From Thermoflexus sp. (GTDB lineage: Bacteria; Chloroflexota; Anaerolineae; Thermoflexales; Thermoflexaceae): a stretch of 38,460 nucleotides of DNA. This document shows positions 8,386-17,517 of this stretch, piece after piece; position 1 is the first letter of the stretch, and each line of letters opens with the position of its first letter. The notes below the pieces were generated by a model that did no database searches, was not told where the DNA came from, and saw only the letters and a program-made list of their open reading frames with translations. The translations under genes were made by a program, and so were the position numbers. The DNA lies in NCBI GenBank assembly GCA_017743605.1, contig JAGHYO010000001.1, positions 1 through 38,460 of the forward strand, read 5' to 3'.

Positions 8386-9708
8386 TCAACGGAACAATGG
8401 GAAAGGGAAACCGCCGCGGCCGGCTTTCATCTGCTTCATCCAGCGCTGGAGCTGGCGGAACTCGTTGAGCAACTGGTTGACCTCCTGCACCGTGGTCCCG
8501 CTGCCCCGGGCGATCCGCCGCTTGCGGCTGGCGTTCAGGATCTCCGGGTTGCGCCGCTCCTCTGGCGTCATCGAGTTGATGATGGCTTCGATGCGCTTGA
8601 ACTGGCGATCCGCCTCCTCCGGCGAGAGCATCTGGGCCATCTGACTGTAACCGGGCAACATCTCCAGCAGCTGGGAGAGCGGCCCCATCTTCCGCAGCGT
8701 CCGCAGCTGCTCCCGGAAATCCTCCAGGGTGAACTCGGCCCGGCTCAGCTTGCGGGCCATCTCCGCCGCCTTCTCCGCCTCCACTGCCTCCTGGGCCCGC
8801 TCGATCAACGTGAGCACGTCCCCCATGCCCAAGATCCGGGAGGCCAGCCGCTCCGGCTGGAACGGCTCCAGCTGATCCGGCTTCTCGCCCACCCCGATGA
8901 ACTTGATGGGGACCCCGGTCACCGCCCGGATGCTGATCGCCGCCCCGCCCCGAGCGTCCCCATCCAGCTTGGTGAGAATGAGGCCGGTTAGGTTCAGCCG
9001 CCGGTGGAAAGCTTCGGCTGCCCGGACGGCGTCCTGTCCGGTCATCGCATCGACCACAAGCAGGATCTCCTCCGGCCGGATGGCCGCCCGGATGGCCTCC
9101 AATTCCCCCATCATCTCCTCATCAATGTGCAGCCGGCCCGCCGTGTCCAGGATCACCAGGGTGTGCCCGTGGTCCCGGGCGAACCGCATGGCGCGGCGGG
9201 CGATGTCCACCGGGTCCGCCTCCGACCCTCCCTGGTAGACTGGGATGTTCAGTTGCCGCCCCAGGATCTCCAGCTGATCGATGGCCGCCGGGCGGTAGAC
9301 GTCGGCCGCCACCAGCAGGGGGCGCTGGCCGGCCTTCCGCATGCGCAGGGCCAGCTTCGCGGTCGTAGTGGTCTTGCCAGATCCTTGCAGCCCGACCAGC
9401 ATCACCCCGTGGGGCGGGGAACCAGCGAGATGGAGCGGAGTCGGGCTGCCCAGGGTTTTCACCAGCTCCTCATAGACGATCTTGACCACCTGCTGGGCTG
9501 GGGTGAGGCTTCGCAACACCTCGGCCCCTACCGCCCGCTCCCGGACCCGTGCCAGGAAGTCACGGACCACGGTGTAATGGACATCCGCCTCTAGGAGGGC
9601 CAGGCGGATCTCCCGCAGCGCCGCGTCCACGTCGGCCTCGGTGAGCACCCCTCGCCGCCCTAGTCGGTCGAAGATCTGCTGGAATTTCTGGGTCAGTCCC
9701 TCAAACAT
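8386..9708 (-). CDS. ffh: Signal recognition particle protein Ffh
   Basis: GLQGSGKTT, DTAGR, TKLDGDARGGAA and the M domain (SMTPEER..P..SR..RIARGSG). Confidence 0.99.
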   Translation of the reverse strand: MFEGLTQKFQQIFDRLGRRGVLTEADVDAALREIRLALLEADVHYTVVRDFLARVRERAVGAEVLRSLTPAQQVVKIVYEELVKTLGSPTPLHLAGSPPHGVMLVGLQGSGKTTTTAKLALRMRKAGQRPLLVAADVYRPAAIDQLEILGRQLNIPVYQGGSEADPVDIARRAMRFARDHGHTLVILDTAGRLHIDEEMMGELEAIRAAIRPEEILLVVDAMTGQDAVRAAEAFHRRLNLTGLILTKLDGDARGGAAISIRAVTGVPIKFIGVGEKPDQLEPFQPERLASRILGMGDVLTLIERAQEAVEAEKAAEMARKLSRAEFTLEDFREQLRTLRKMGPLSQLLEMLPGYSQMAQMLSPEEADRQFKRIEAIINSMTPEERRNPEILNASRKRRIARGSGTTVQEVNQLLNEFRQLQRWMKQMKAGRGGFPFPLFR

Positions 9709-9770
9709 CCCACAGCCCTTCTGCCTCGGAGGTTCCGGAGCACGAATTCTCCCTGCCTACCCAGGGGGAG

Positions 9771-9779
9771 ATTATAGCA
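9771..9779 (-). promoter_or_regulatory. Extended -10 promoter of ffh
   Basis: Perfect TGcTATAAT about 60 nt upstream of the ffh ATG. Confidence 0.7.
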
Positions 9780-9837
9780 CAGGCACAGCTCGATCTGCCG
9801 GCTTGCGCCGATTAGGGATTGGCCTTCATGGACGTTT

Positions 9838-10090
9838 GCACGCCGGGCGCTGACGTCGCCGACGCTTTCTCTTTGGTCAGCGCAGGCTGACCGTCGGTGA
9901 GGGCTTTGGCGCCTTCAAATCGGCCTCTGTGGGCGCTGCGCGCCGGGCGTCGGCCTCCGCTAACGCAAAGGCTTTTTCCGGTCGGCGCAGGCTGACCATT
10001 GGCCGAAGGCCCTCAAAGGTCGCATTCGTTTGACGCGCGAGGCTGACCGTCGGCCGAAGGCCTCCCCCAAGGTCGAATTCATTCGACGCC
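9838..10090. repeat. Degenerate palindromic tandem repeat between nuoN and ffh
   Basis: Core AGGCTGACC(G/A)T(C/T)GG occurs at about 9884, 9989 and 10040. Hairpin GGTCAGC-gcag-GCTGACC at 9875-9892. CGCCGGGCG occurs at 9841 and 9941. Confidence 0.7.
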
Positions 10091-10102
10091 AAAAGCCAAC
10101 GT

Positions 10103-11515
10103 TCAGAGGGTCACCCCTCCCAGCAGGAACCAGAGGAAACCCAGGAGGAGCGTGCCCAGGCCGGAGATCACCACGGAGGCGCGCACCCAGGGGTAGCGAA
10201 CCGGAAGGCGAAGGGGCTCCGGCCGACCCATCCACATGGCCACCACCACCCGCAGATAGAAATACGCTGAGATGACAGTGGTGATCACCCCGATGAGCAC
10301 CAGAGCTGTCCACCCAGCCTCCCAAGCCGCCGCGAACAGCAACAGCTTGGCGAAAAAGCCCGCTGTCGGCGGCACCCCGATCAGGGAGAGCATGAAAACC
10401 GCCATGGCCGCTCCCATCCCTGGGGCGCGACGGGCCACTCCGGCGTAGGCCTCGAAGGAGTGATCCTCCCCTTCGGGACCCGCCATGCTCACGGCCACCG
10501 CGAAGGCTCCCAGGGTGGCGAAGGCGTAGGCCAGCAGGTAGAACACGAGGCCCGGCAGCGCCAGCGACGGCTCCCCTAGCAAGCCCAGGAGCAGGTATCC
10601 GGCGTGGGCGATGCTGGAATAGGCCATCATCCGTTTGAAGTCCGACTGCACCAGGGCGACGCCGTTGCCCACCAGCATGGTTGCTGCCGCCATCAGCGCC
10701 AGCGGCCCCGCCCAGAGAGCCGTTGCCGGCGCCAAACCCGTGAGGAGCACCCGGGCTAGGGCAGCGACGGCCGCGGTCTTGGTCGCCGCCGCCATAAACC
10801 CCGTCACCGGTGTAGGCGCCCCCTCATACACATCCGGCGTCCACAGATGGAAAGGCACCGCCGCCGCCTTGAAGCCGAGGGCCACCAGCAGGAGCGCCCC
10901 TCCCATCCACACCAGGGTCCGGGCCGCCGGATCCGGCCGCTCCAGCCATTCGGCCAGGTCCCGCAGGTTCGTCAGGCCCGTCCCGGCGAAGATCAGGGCG
11001 ATCCCGAACACCAGGAAGGCCGAGGCGAAGGCCCCCAGCAGAAAATACTTGAGGGCGGCCTCCTCCGATTCCACCCGAGGCCGAGCGAAGCCCGTCAGCA
11101 CATACAGGGGGAACGAAAGCCACTCCAGGGCCAAGAACACAATCAGCAGATCCCCAGCCACCGCCATCAGCAGCATGCCGGCGGAGGCCAGCAACAAGAA
11201 CGCATAATATTCCCCTCGCTCCAGCCCGTGATCCACCAGGTAATGGCGCGACAGCAGGATGGCCATCCCGGTCCCGAGCAGGACAGCTAAGCTGAACCAG
11301 AAGGCCAGGCGATCCCACACAACCATCCGGTAGAATCCCTCGACAGGCCCCTCACCGGCCAGGGCCAGGGTGGCCCCCAGCCCCAGCCCGGTGATCCCCA
11401 GGGCCCCCCAAGCCATCCCCTGGGCCGATCCCGGACGCCGGAAGGCTTCTAGGAGGAGCAGCCCCAGCGCCCCCGCCGTCAGGACGATCGTTGGCCACAG
11501 CGGCGTCCACACCAT
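10103..11515 (-). CDS. nuoN: NADH-quinone oxidoreductase subunit N
   Basis: EAALKYF, FK..AVPFHLW.PDVYEGAP, KRMMAYSSIAHAG. Confidence 0.97.
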   Translation of the reverse strand: MVWTPLWPTIVLTAGALGLLLLEAFRRPGSAQGMAWGALGITGLGLGATLALAGEGPVEGFYRMVVWDRLAFWFSLAVLLGTGMAILLSRHYLVDHGLERGEYYAFLLLASAGMLLMAVAGDLLIVFLALEWLSFPLYVLTGFARPRVESEEAALKYFLLGAFASAFLVFGIALIFAGTGLTNLRDLAEWLERPDPAARTLVWMGGALLLVALGFKAAAVPFHLWTPDVYEGAPTPVTGFMAAATKTAAVAALARVLLTGLAPATALWAGPLALMAAATMLVGNGVALVQSDFKRMMAYSSIAHAGYLLLGLLGEPSLALPGLVFYLLAYAFATLGAFAVAVSMAGPEGEDHSFEAYAGVARRAPGMGAAMAVFMLSLIGVPPTAGFFAKLLLFAAAWEAGWTALVLIGVITTVISAYFYLRVVVAMWMGRPEPLRLPVRYPWVRASVVISGLGTLLLGFLWFLLGGVTL

Positions 11516-11536
11516 TCCCGGTTCCCTCGCTGGATC

Positions 11537-13060
11537 TCAACGCATCGAGAGCGCCGCCTCGGACAGGGCGGCCACGGTCTGCTGCACCGAAGCCTGCATC
11601 GCCGCAAAGAAGGGCTGCGGATAGAGCCCGATGAACACAATCAGCACCAGGATCGGCGCCATGATCGCCAGCTCCCGCCTGGTGAGGTCCGGCAGCCCCC
11701 GCCAGCGCTCGGGCAGCGGGCCGTGCAACACCCGCAGGATCATCGTCAGGATGTAGACCGCTGCCAGCGCCACCCCGAAGGCCGCCAGGGCCGTCAGCCC
11801 CCGGGCCGCCGTCCCCAGGGCCGTGGATCCAAAGGCGCCCAGCAGGATCAGGAACTCTCCTACGAAGCCGTTGAGGCCCGGCAACCCCATAGAGGAGAAC
11901 CCCACCACCATCAGAACCCCACCATACAGAGGCAGCGTCTTCCACAGCCCTCCCAACTCCCGGAAGTCCCGCGTATGGGTGCGGTCATACAGCATCCCGA
12001 CCAGCAGGAACAGCCCCCCGGTGCTCAGGCCATGATTGACCATCTGGAGCAACGCCGCCTGGATCCCCAGGGAGTTCAGGGCGGAGAGCCCCAGCATCAC
12101 GAACCCCATGTGGGAGACGCTGGAAAAGGCCACCAGGCGCTTGAAGTCCTCCTGGGCGTAAGAGGCCAGGGCCCCATAGAGGATCGCCACCACCGCCAGG
12201 ATGGCGATGGGGAGGGCGAAATCCCGAGCCGCGTCCGGGAAAAGCGCGAAGTTCCACCGCACGAACCCGTAGGCGCCCATCTTCAGCAACAGGGCGGCCA
12301 GGATCACCGACCCGGCCGTCGGGGCTTCCACGTGGGCGTCCGGGAGCCACGAATGGAAAGGCCACATAGGCACCTTGATAGCGAAAGCCAGCCCGAAAGC
12401 CAGAAACAGCCAGCGCTGGACTTCCAGGGAAAGCAGCGGGGAAAGCTGCGCGGCCATCCATTGGAGATCGAAGGTCCCCGTCCCGGTCAGCGGGCGGGAG
12501 AGAAGCCAGAGGGCCACAATGGCCACCAGCATGAACACCGAGCCGGCCATCGTGTAGAGGAAGAACTTCACCGCCGCATACACCCGCCGTGGGCCGCCCC
12601 AGATCCCGATGAGCAATGTCATGGGCACCAGGGTGAATTCCCAAAAGATGTAAAACAGCAAAAGGTCCAGGGCCAGGAACACCCCCAGCACCGCGGTCTC
12701 CAGGGCAAGCATCAACGCCATATACTCCTTCACCCGCTCCTCGATGGTCCAGGAGGCGGCCAGGGCCAGGGGGAAGATCAGGGTGGTGAGCAGCACCAGC
12801 CACAGGCTGATCCCATCCACACCCACCACACAAGAGGCGCCGATGGCGGGCGCCCAGGTCCAGCGCTCCACCAGCTGGGGTCCCGGGCGGGAAAGATCGA
12901 AACGGGCCAGGGCCCACGGGGCCAGCCCCAGAGAGATCAGGCTGAACCCGAGAGCCGTCCACCGGATGGCTCCCGTTCGCTCCCGCGGGAGGCCCAGGAT
13001 CAGCAGGGCCCCGGCGAGCGGAGCCGTCAGCATCACCGTTAGGATCGAAAACTCCGGCAT
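11537..13060 (-). CDS. nuoM: NADH-quinone oxidoreductase subunit M
   Basis: FYIFWE, AIKVPMWPFHSWLPDAHVEAPT, GLPGLNGFVGE. Confidence 0.97.
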   Translation of the reverse strand: MPEFSILTVMLTAPLAGALLILGLPRERTGAIRWTALGFSLISLGLAPWALARFDLSRPGPQLVERWTWAPAIGASCVVGVDGISLWLVLLTTLIFPLALAASWTIEERVKEYMALMLALETAVLGVFLALDLLLFYIFWEFTLVPMTLLIGIWGGPRRVYAAVKFFLYTMAGSVFMLVAIVALWLLSRPLTGTGTFDLQWMAAQLSPLLSLEVQRWLFLAFGLAFAIKVPMWPFHSWLPDAHVEAPTAGSVILAALLLKMGAYGFVRWNFALFPDAARDFALPIAILAVVAILYGALASYAQEDFKRLVAFSSVSHMGFVMLGLSALNSLGIQAALLQMVNHGLSTGGLFLLVGMLYDRTHTRDFRELGGLWKTLPLYGGVLMVVGFSSMGLPGLNGFVGEFLILLGAFGSTALGTAARGLTALAAFGVALAAVYILTMILRVLHGPLPERWRGLPDLTRRELAIMAPILVLIVFIGLYPQPFFAAMQASVQQTVAALSEAALSMR

Positions 13061-13117
13061 CTCCTTTCGCTCCCCAAAGCAGATCGTCCGCTTCTATGAG
13101 GGGGATCTGACTCGCGC

Positions 13118-15043
13118 TCAGCGCAGCGCCAGCAGCGCGTAGAGCAACAGGAAGACCGCGCCGAAAAGCACGGAGAGGCCATACTGCCGCACGTAGCCGC
13201 TGCTCCAGCGGCGTGCCCGGGCGGCGGACATCCCCACGATGCGGGCCAGGCCGTTCACCGCCCCATCGATTCCATACGGCTCCACCACCGCCGCCACCGC
13301 CCGCGCCAGCCCCTGGGAGGGGCGGACGAACAGGGCGTCGTAGACCTCGTCGATGTAGAGTTTGCGGTTCAGGGCCGTGAAGAAGGCGCCAAGGGCCTTC
13401 TGCAAAGGGTCCTCCACCCCTGCCGGCCAGGCCTGGGGACGGTAGATCGCCCACCCTGCTCCGACCCCCGCCAGGGCAATGAGGGTCGCCAGGACCGCCT
13501 GCTCGGGATGGAATGCGGGGGGATACCCGGGCTCCAGCCAAGCGGCGAGCAAACCCAGGCCGGGGGCGTTGATCCACCCCACCACGATCGAGAACAAGGC
13601 AAAGATCCCCAACGGCACTGTCATCACCGCCGGGCTCTCCTCCGCGCGCGCGGCCGCACCGCTTCGAGGCGCGCCAGCGAACACCATCTGGACCTGACGG
13701 GTCATATAGAAGGCGGTGAGGAACGCTGCGGCGAGAAGCAACCCATAAGCCAGGGCGGACCCTCCTCCTGCTTCCCGGAGGGCATACAGGATCTCATCCT
13801 TGCTCCAGAACCCGGCCAGGGGCGGGATCCCTGCCAGGGCTGCTGCCCCGATCCCGTAGGTCCAGGCGGTGGTCGGCATCCGCTGGGCCAGGCCGCCCAT
13901 GCGGCGCATATCGTTCGGATCGAAGGGGCTTGGTTCTCTCCCGTGATGATGCGCGCGCTCCAGGGCATGGATCACTGATCCTGCCCCTAAGAAGAGCAGC
14001 GCCTTGAAAAAGGCGTGGGTGCCCAGGTGGAAGATCGCCGCCGTGATGGCCCCTGCCCCTGCCGCCGCCACCATGTAGCCCAGCTGGGAGATGGTGGAGA
14101 AGGCCAGCACCCGCTTGATGTCAAACTGCCCTGCCGCGATCAGGGCTGCCCACAGGGCCGTGGCCGCTCCCACCATGACCGCCACGCCCTGGGTCAGCGG
14201 AGCCGCGGCGAAGAGCGGATGGGCGCGGGCGATCAGGTAGACCCCCGCAGTGACCATGGTCGCCGCGTGGATCAGGGCGGAGACCGGGGTGGGGCCAGCC
14301 ATAGCATCGGGCAACCAGACGTAGAGGGGGATCTGGGCGCTCTTCCCCGTCACCCCTGCGAGAAGCAGCAGCGTGATCAGGGTGAGCAGGCCCACCTCCG
14401 CCGTCCCCCGCTCCACTGCCTCGAAGACCGGCCCGTAGCGGAACGTGCCGAAGGTCCAGAAAAGCAACAGAAGGCCCACCGTGAACCCGAAGTCCCCGAT
14501 CCGGTTCACGATGAACGCCTTGCGCCCCGCCCAGGCGTTGTAGGGCACCTCGAACCAGAAGCCGATCAGGAGATACGAACAGATGCCCACCAGCTCCCAG
14601 CCCACGAAGAGAAGGAGGAAGTTGTCGGCCAGGACCAGGAGGAGCATTGAGGCCAGGAAGAGGTTAAGGAACATAAAAAAGCGGCGGACGTGGGGGTCCC
14701 CAGCCATGTAGCCGATGGAGTAAGTGTGGATCAGCGTCCCTACCAAGGTCACGATCAGCGCCATCGCGGTGGACAGGGGATCGAGGCGCAGCCCCACCTC
14801 CACCGCGAGCGGCGGGACGGCCGCCCAGCGGTAGAGAGAGACCTCCACCAGACGGGCCTCCGCCGGGCGGGCCAGCAGGGCGGCGAAGACCAGGGCGGAG
14901 GTCCCGAAGGCGGCCGCGGCGGCTGCCGAGGCCACGATCCCGACGGTGCGCTCCTGCGCCTGGCGGGTGAAGACCAAGTTGATCAAAAAGCCCAGCAACG
15001 GGAAGGCGATGATTAGCCACGACCACTCGAACAGCGCGTCCAT
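13118..15043 (-). CDS. nuoL: NADH-quinone oxidoreductase subunit L
   Basis: GWELVG.CSYLLIGFW, GKSAQIPLYVWLPDAMAGPTPVSALIHAATMV. Confidence 0.97.
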   Translation of the reverse strand: MDALFEWSWLIIAFPLLGFLINLVFTRQAQERTVGIVASAAAAAAFGTSALVFAALLARPAEARLVEVSLYRWAAVPPLAVEVGLRLDPLSTAMALIVTLVGTLIHTYSIGYMAGDPHVRRFFMFLNLFLASMLLLVLADNFLLLFVGWELVGICSYLLIGFWFEVPYNAWAGRKAFIVNRIGDFGFTVGLLLLFWTFGTFRYGPVFEAVERGTAEVGLLTLITLLLLAGVTGKSAQIPLYVWLPDAMAGPTPVSALIHAATMVTAGVYLIARAHPLFAAAPLTQGVAVMVGAATALWAALIAAGQFDIKRVLAFSTISQLGYMVAAAGAGAITAAIFHLGTHAFFKALLFLGAGSVIHALERAHHHGREPSPFDPNDMRRMGGLAQRMPTTAWTYGIGAAALAGIPPLAGFWSKDEILYALREAGGGSALAYGLLLAAAFLTAFYMTRQVQMVFAGAPRSGAAARAEESPAVMTVPLGIFALFSIVVGWINAPGLGLLAAWLEPGYPPAFHPEQAVLATLIALAGVGAGWAIYRPQAWPAGVEDPLQKALGAFFTALNRKLYIDEVYDALFVRPSQGLARAVAAVVEPYGIDGAVNGLARIVGMSAARARRWSSGYVRQYGLSVLFGAVFLLLYALLALR

Positions 15044-15107
15044 CTCCCATCTCCGCTCCAGGGTGAAAGGGCCGGGTCTGGCCCCATGATCCTCTTTCGT
15101 GCACCCC

Positions 15108-15410
15108 TCAGCCTTTCAGGCTGCGCAGCTCATCCACGTTGGTGGTCTGTCGGGTGCGGAAGATCGCCACCATCAAGGCCAGGCCCACCGCCACCTCGGC
15201 CGCAGCCACTGTTAGCACAAAGAAGATCGCCATCTGCCCCTCCAGCAGGCCGCGATACCGCGAGGCAGCCACAAAGGCCAGGCCGGCGGCGTTCAGCATC
15301 AGCTCCACGCACATGAACACAATCAGGGCGTTCCGACGGATCAGGAACCCTATTGCCCCGATGCCAAAGAGCAGCGCGCTGAGGGCCAGATAGTGGGTTA
15401 GGGTGACCAC
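15108..15410 (-). CDS. nuoK: NADH-quinone oxidoreductase subunit K
   Basis: [24 protein letters not shown]. Confidence 0.96.
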   Translation of the reverse strand: MVTLTHYLALSALLFGIGAIGFLIRRNALIVFMCVELMLNAAGLAFVAASRYRGLLEGQMAIFFVLTVAAAEVAVGLALMVAIFRTRQTTNVDELRSLKG

Positions 15411-15413
15411 CCC

Positions 15414-15923
15414 TCAGCCTCCCGATCGCAGATCCCGGGCCAGCACCACCACCCCGACCATGGCGATGAGCAGCAGGATCGAGGTGATCTCAAAAGGAAG
15501 CACATGGGTCGTCAGGAGCCGCTCCCCGATGGCGGCCGGATCCCCCAGGGGAGCGGGCGGGCTCCCGACGGGGGCCAGACCGGCCGGCGCCTGAAGGAAA
15601 GCGAACAGGGTCCCGCCGACCAGCACCACCCCCAGGGCGAGGGCAAGCGGAACCTGGGTCCGAAGCTCGGCGGCCCCGCCCACCCGCTCCGCCCCGAGCA
15701 TCATGATCACAAAGAGGAAGAGGACCATCACCGCCCCCGCGTAGACCGCGATCTGCACCATGGCCACGAAAGGGGCGTTCAGGAGCAGATAGAAGATCGC
15801 CACGGTGATCAGGTTCAGCACCAGGAACATGGCGCTGTGCACGGCATTTCGGGTGAGGACCATCGCCAGGGCGGTGGCCACGGCCACCCCAGCCAGCAGA
15901 TAGAATGCGATCAGCTCCCCCAA
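15414..15923 (-). CDS. nuoJ: NADH-quinone oxidoreductase subunit J
   Basis: QIAVYAGAVMVLFLFVIM, LPFEITS; TTG start after GGAGGAG. Confidence 0.96.
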   Translation of the reverse strand: MGELIAFYLLAGVAVATALAMVLTRNAVHSAMFLVLNLITVAIFYLLLNAPFVAMVQIAVYAGAVMVLFLFVIMMLGAERVGGAAELRTQVPLALALGVVLVGGTLFAFLQAPAGLAPVGSPPAPLGDPAAIGERLLTTHVLPFEITSILLLIAMVGVVVLARDLRSGG

Positions 15924-15965
15924 CGTCTCCTCCCGAGATCGAGATCCGCCGCAGGCAGCGCCGCT

Positions 15966-16490
15966 TCACACCGGCTCGTTGACCAGCCCTTCCTCCCAGA
16001 TGGAACGGGTGCGCAGGGCCGGATCCGTGGTCCGCTGAGGGGTGCCGGGCGTCCCCGGCGGGGGCGGCACCAGGAGCTGCGCCTTGGTCACGATGAACGA
16101 CTCCCGGGTGTAGCCGGCCGGCGGGATCTTGTCCGTCAGCACGATGGCGTTGGTCGGGCAGGCGTCCTCGCAGTATCCGCAGAAGATGCACCGCAGCAGG
16201 TTGATCTCATAAACCCGGGCGTAGCGCTCCCCCGGCGAGTAGCGCTCCTCATCGGTGTTCTCTGCCGCCTCCACGTAGATGGCGTCGGCTGGGCAGGCCG
16301 CGGCGCAGAGGGCACAGCCGATACAGCGCTCTAAGCCGTTGCTGTAGCGCCGCAGCTCGTGAACCCCTTTGAAGCGCGTGCGCAGCGGCCGCCGCACCTC
16401 TGGGTAAGGATAGGTCACTGGCCCCCGCAGATTGGTCCGCAGGAACTCTTGCAACGTGGTCAAAAAACCCCGCAACAGCTCTGCCACCAT
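15966..16490 (-). CDS. nuoI: NADH-quinone oxidoreductase subunit I
   Basis: Two CxxCxxCxxxCP [4Fe-4S] motifs. Confidence 0.97.
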   Translation of the reverse strand: MVAELLRGFLTTLQEFLRTNLRGPVTYPYPEVRRPLRTRFKGVHELRRYSNGLERCIGCALCAAACPADAIYVEAAENTDEERYSPGERYARVYEINLLRCIFCGYCEDACPTNAIVLTDKIPPAGYTRESFIVTKAQLLVPPPPGTPGTPQRTTDPALRTRSIWEEGLVNEPV

Positions 16491-16518
16491 CGGTTCACCT
16501 CGCTTCTCCCCCGCAGGC

Positions 16519-17517
16519 TTATCCGACCAGTGCGAGCACCGCCGCCGTCCCCATCACGTTCGCCAGCGCCAGGGGCAGCAGGACCTTCCACCCCAGCCCC
16601 ATCAGCTGGTCATAGCGGATCCGCGGCAGCGTGGCCCGCATCCAGATCAGCAGGAAAAGCAGCAAAACGACCTTGAGGGTGAAGTAGATCACCCCTAGGG
16701 CCGGGTAGAGATCCACGAAAGGCCCCAGGTAGCCCCCCAAGAAGAAGGTCACCATCAGGACACTGAATCCGATCATCTTGACGTATTCAGACATGAAGAA
16801 GAGGGCGAACTTCATGCTACTGTATTCCGTCAGATAGCCGGCCGTCAGCTCCTGCTCCGCCTCCGCTAAATCGAAAGGAGCCCGCTTGATCTCCGCCAGG
16901 CCGGTGAGAAAGAAGATGAGCGCTGCCAGGGGTTGATAGAAGATCAGCCATCCCCCGCGCTGGAACTCCACGATCTTGCTGACCTGCAGCGTGCCCGCGG
17001 TCAGCACCACACTGATGATGGCCAGCCCTAAGGCCAGCTCGTAGCTGATCATCTGGGCCGACGCCCGGATGCCCCCCAGCAGCGCGTATTTGTTGTTCGA
17101 GGCCCAGCCCGCCAGGGTGACCCCGTAGACGCTGATGGAGGTGATGGCCACGATGTAAAGCACTCCCACGTTCACATCCGTCAGCTGCAGCTGGGTCCGA
17201 TAGCCAAACAGCGTCAGCTCCGGCCCAAAGGGGATCACGGCGAAGATCAAGATGGCGGGGACCAGGGTGATCAGAGGGGCCAGGACGAACAGGACCCGAT
17301 CGGCATAAGCCGGGACGAAATCCTCCTTGAAGAGCAGCTTGACGGCGTCCGCCAAAGGCTGGAGCAGCCCATAAGGCCCCGCCCGGTTGGGCCCGATGCG
17401 AGCCTGGAAATCCGCTATCAGCTTGCGCTCGGCCAGGGTGAGATAGGCGAAGCCAGTGAGCAGCACCACGAAGAGCACTACGCTCTTGATGGCCGCCTCA
17501 AGCAGAAACGGCGCCAT
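16519..17517 (-). CDS. nuoH: NADH-quinone oxidoreductase subunit H
   Basis: ERK..Q.RIGPNRAGP.GLLQP.AD..KL..KED, PFDL.EAEQEL, PRIRYDQLM. Confidence 0.97.
   Translation of the reverse strand: MAPFLLEAAIKSVVLFVVLLTGFAYLTLAERKLIADFQARIGPNRAGPYGLLQPLADAVKLLFKEDFVPAYADRVLFVLAPLITLVPAILIFAVIPFGPELTLFGYRTQLQLTDVNVGVLYIVAITSISVYGVTLAGWASNNKYALLGGIRASAQMISYELALGLAIISVVLTAGTLQVSKIVEFQRGGWLIFYQPLAALIFFLTGLAEIKRAPFDLAEAEQELTAGYLTEYSSMKFALFFMSEYVKMIGFSVLMVTFFLGGYLGPFVDLYPALGVIYFTLKVVLLLFLLIWMRATLPRIRYDQLMGLGWKVLLPLALANVMGTAAVLALVG

Noticed and set aside
9709-10102. SRP RNA (ffs) next to ffh
   Set aside because: The conserved domain IV helix with its GNRA loop and CAGG/AGCA internal loop was not found on either strand by eye.
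9877-10325. Short ORFs 9877-10092, 9960-10325 and 10030-10275
   Set aside because: They are translations of the DNA repeat or of alternative nuoN frames, with no RBS or protein-like composition.
11723-13577. Long alternative-frame ORFs (439 aa +, 530 aa -) over nuoM/nuoL, and similar ones elsewhere such as 30063-31505
   Set aside because: These are shadow ORFs expected from high GC3 codon bias. They are rich in G/R/P/A or H/Q and carry no motifs.
10103-15043. '2M' complex I variant known from some Chloroflexota
   Set aside because: There is only one nuoM between nuoL and nuoN, so the subunit set is the canonical 14.
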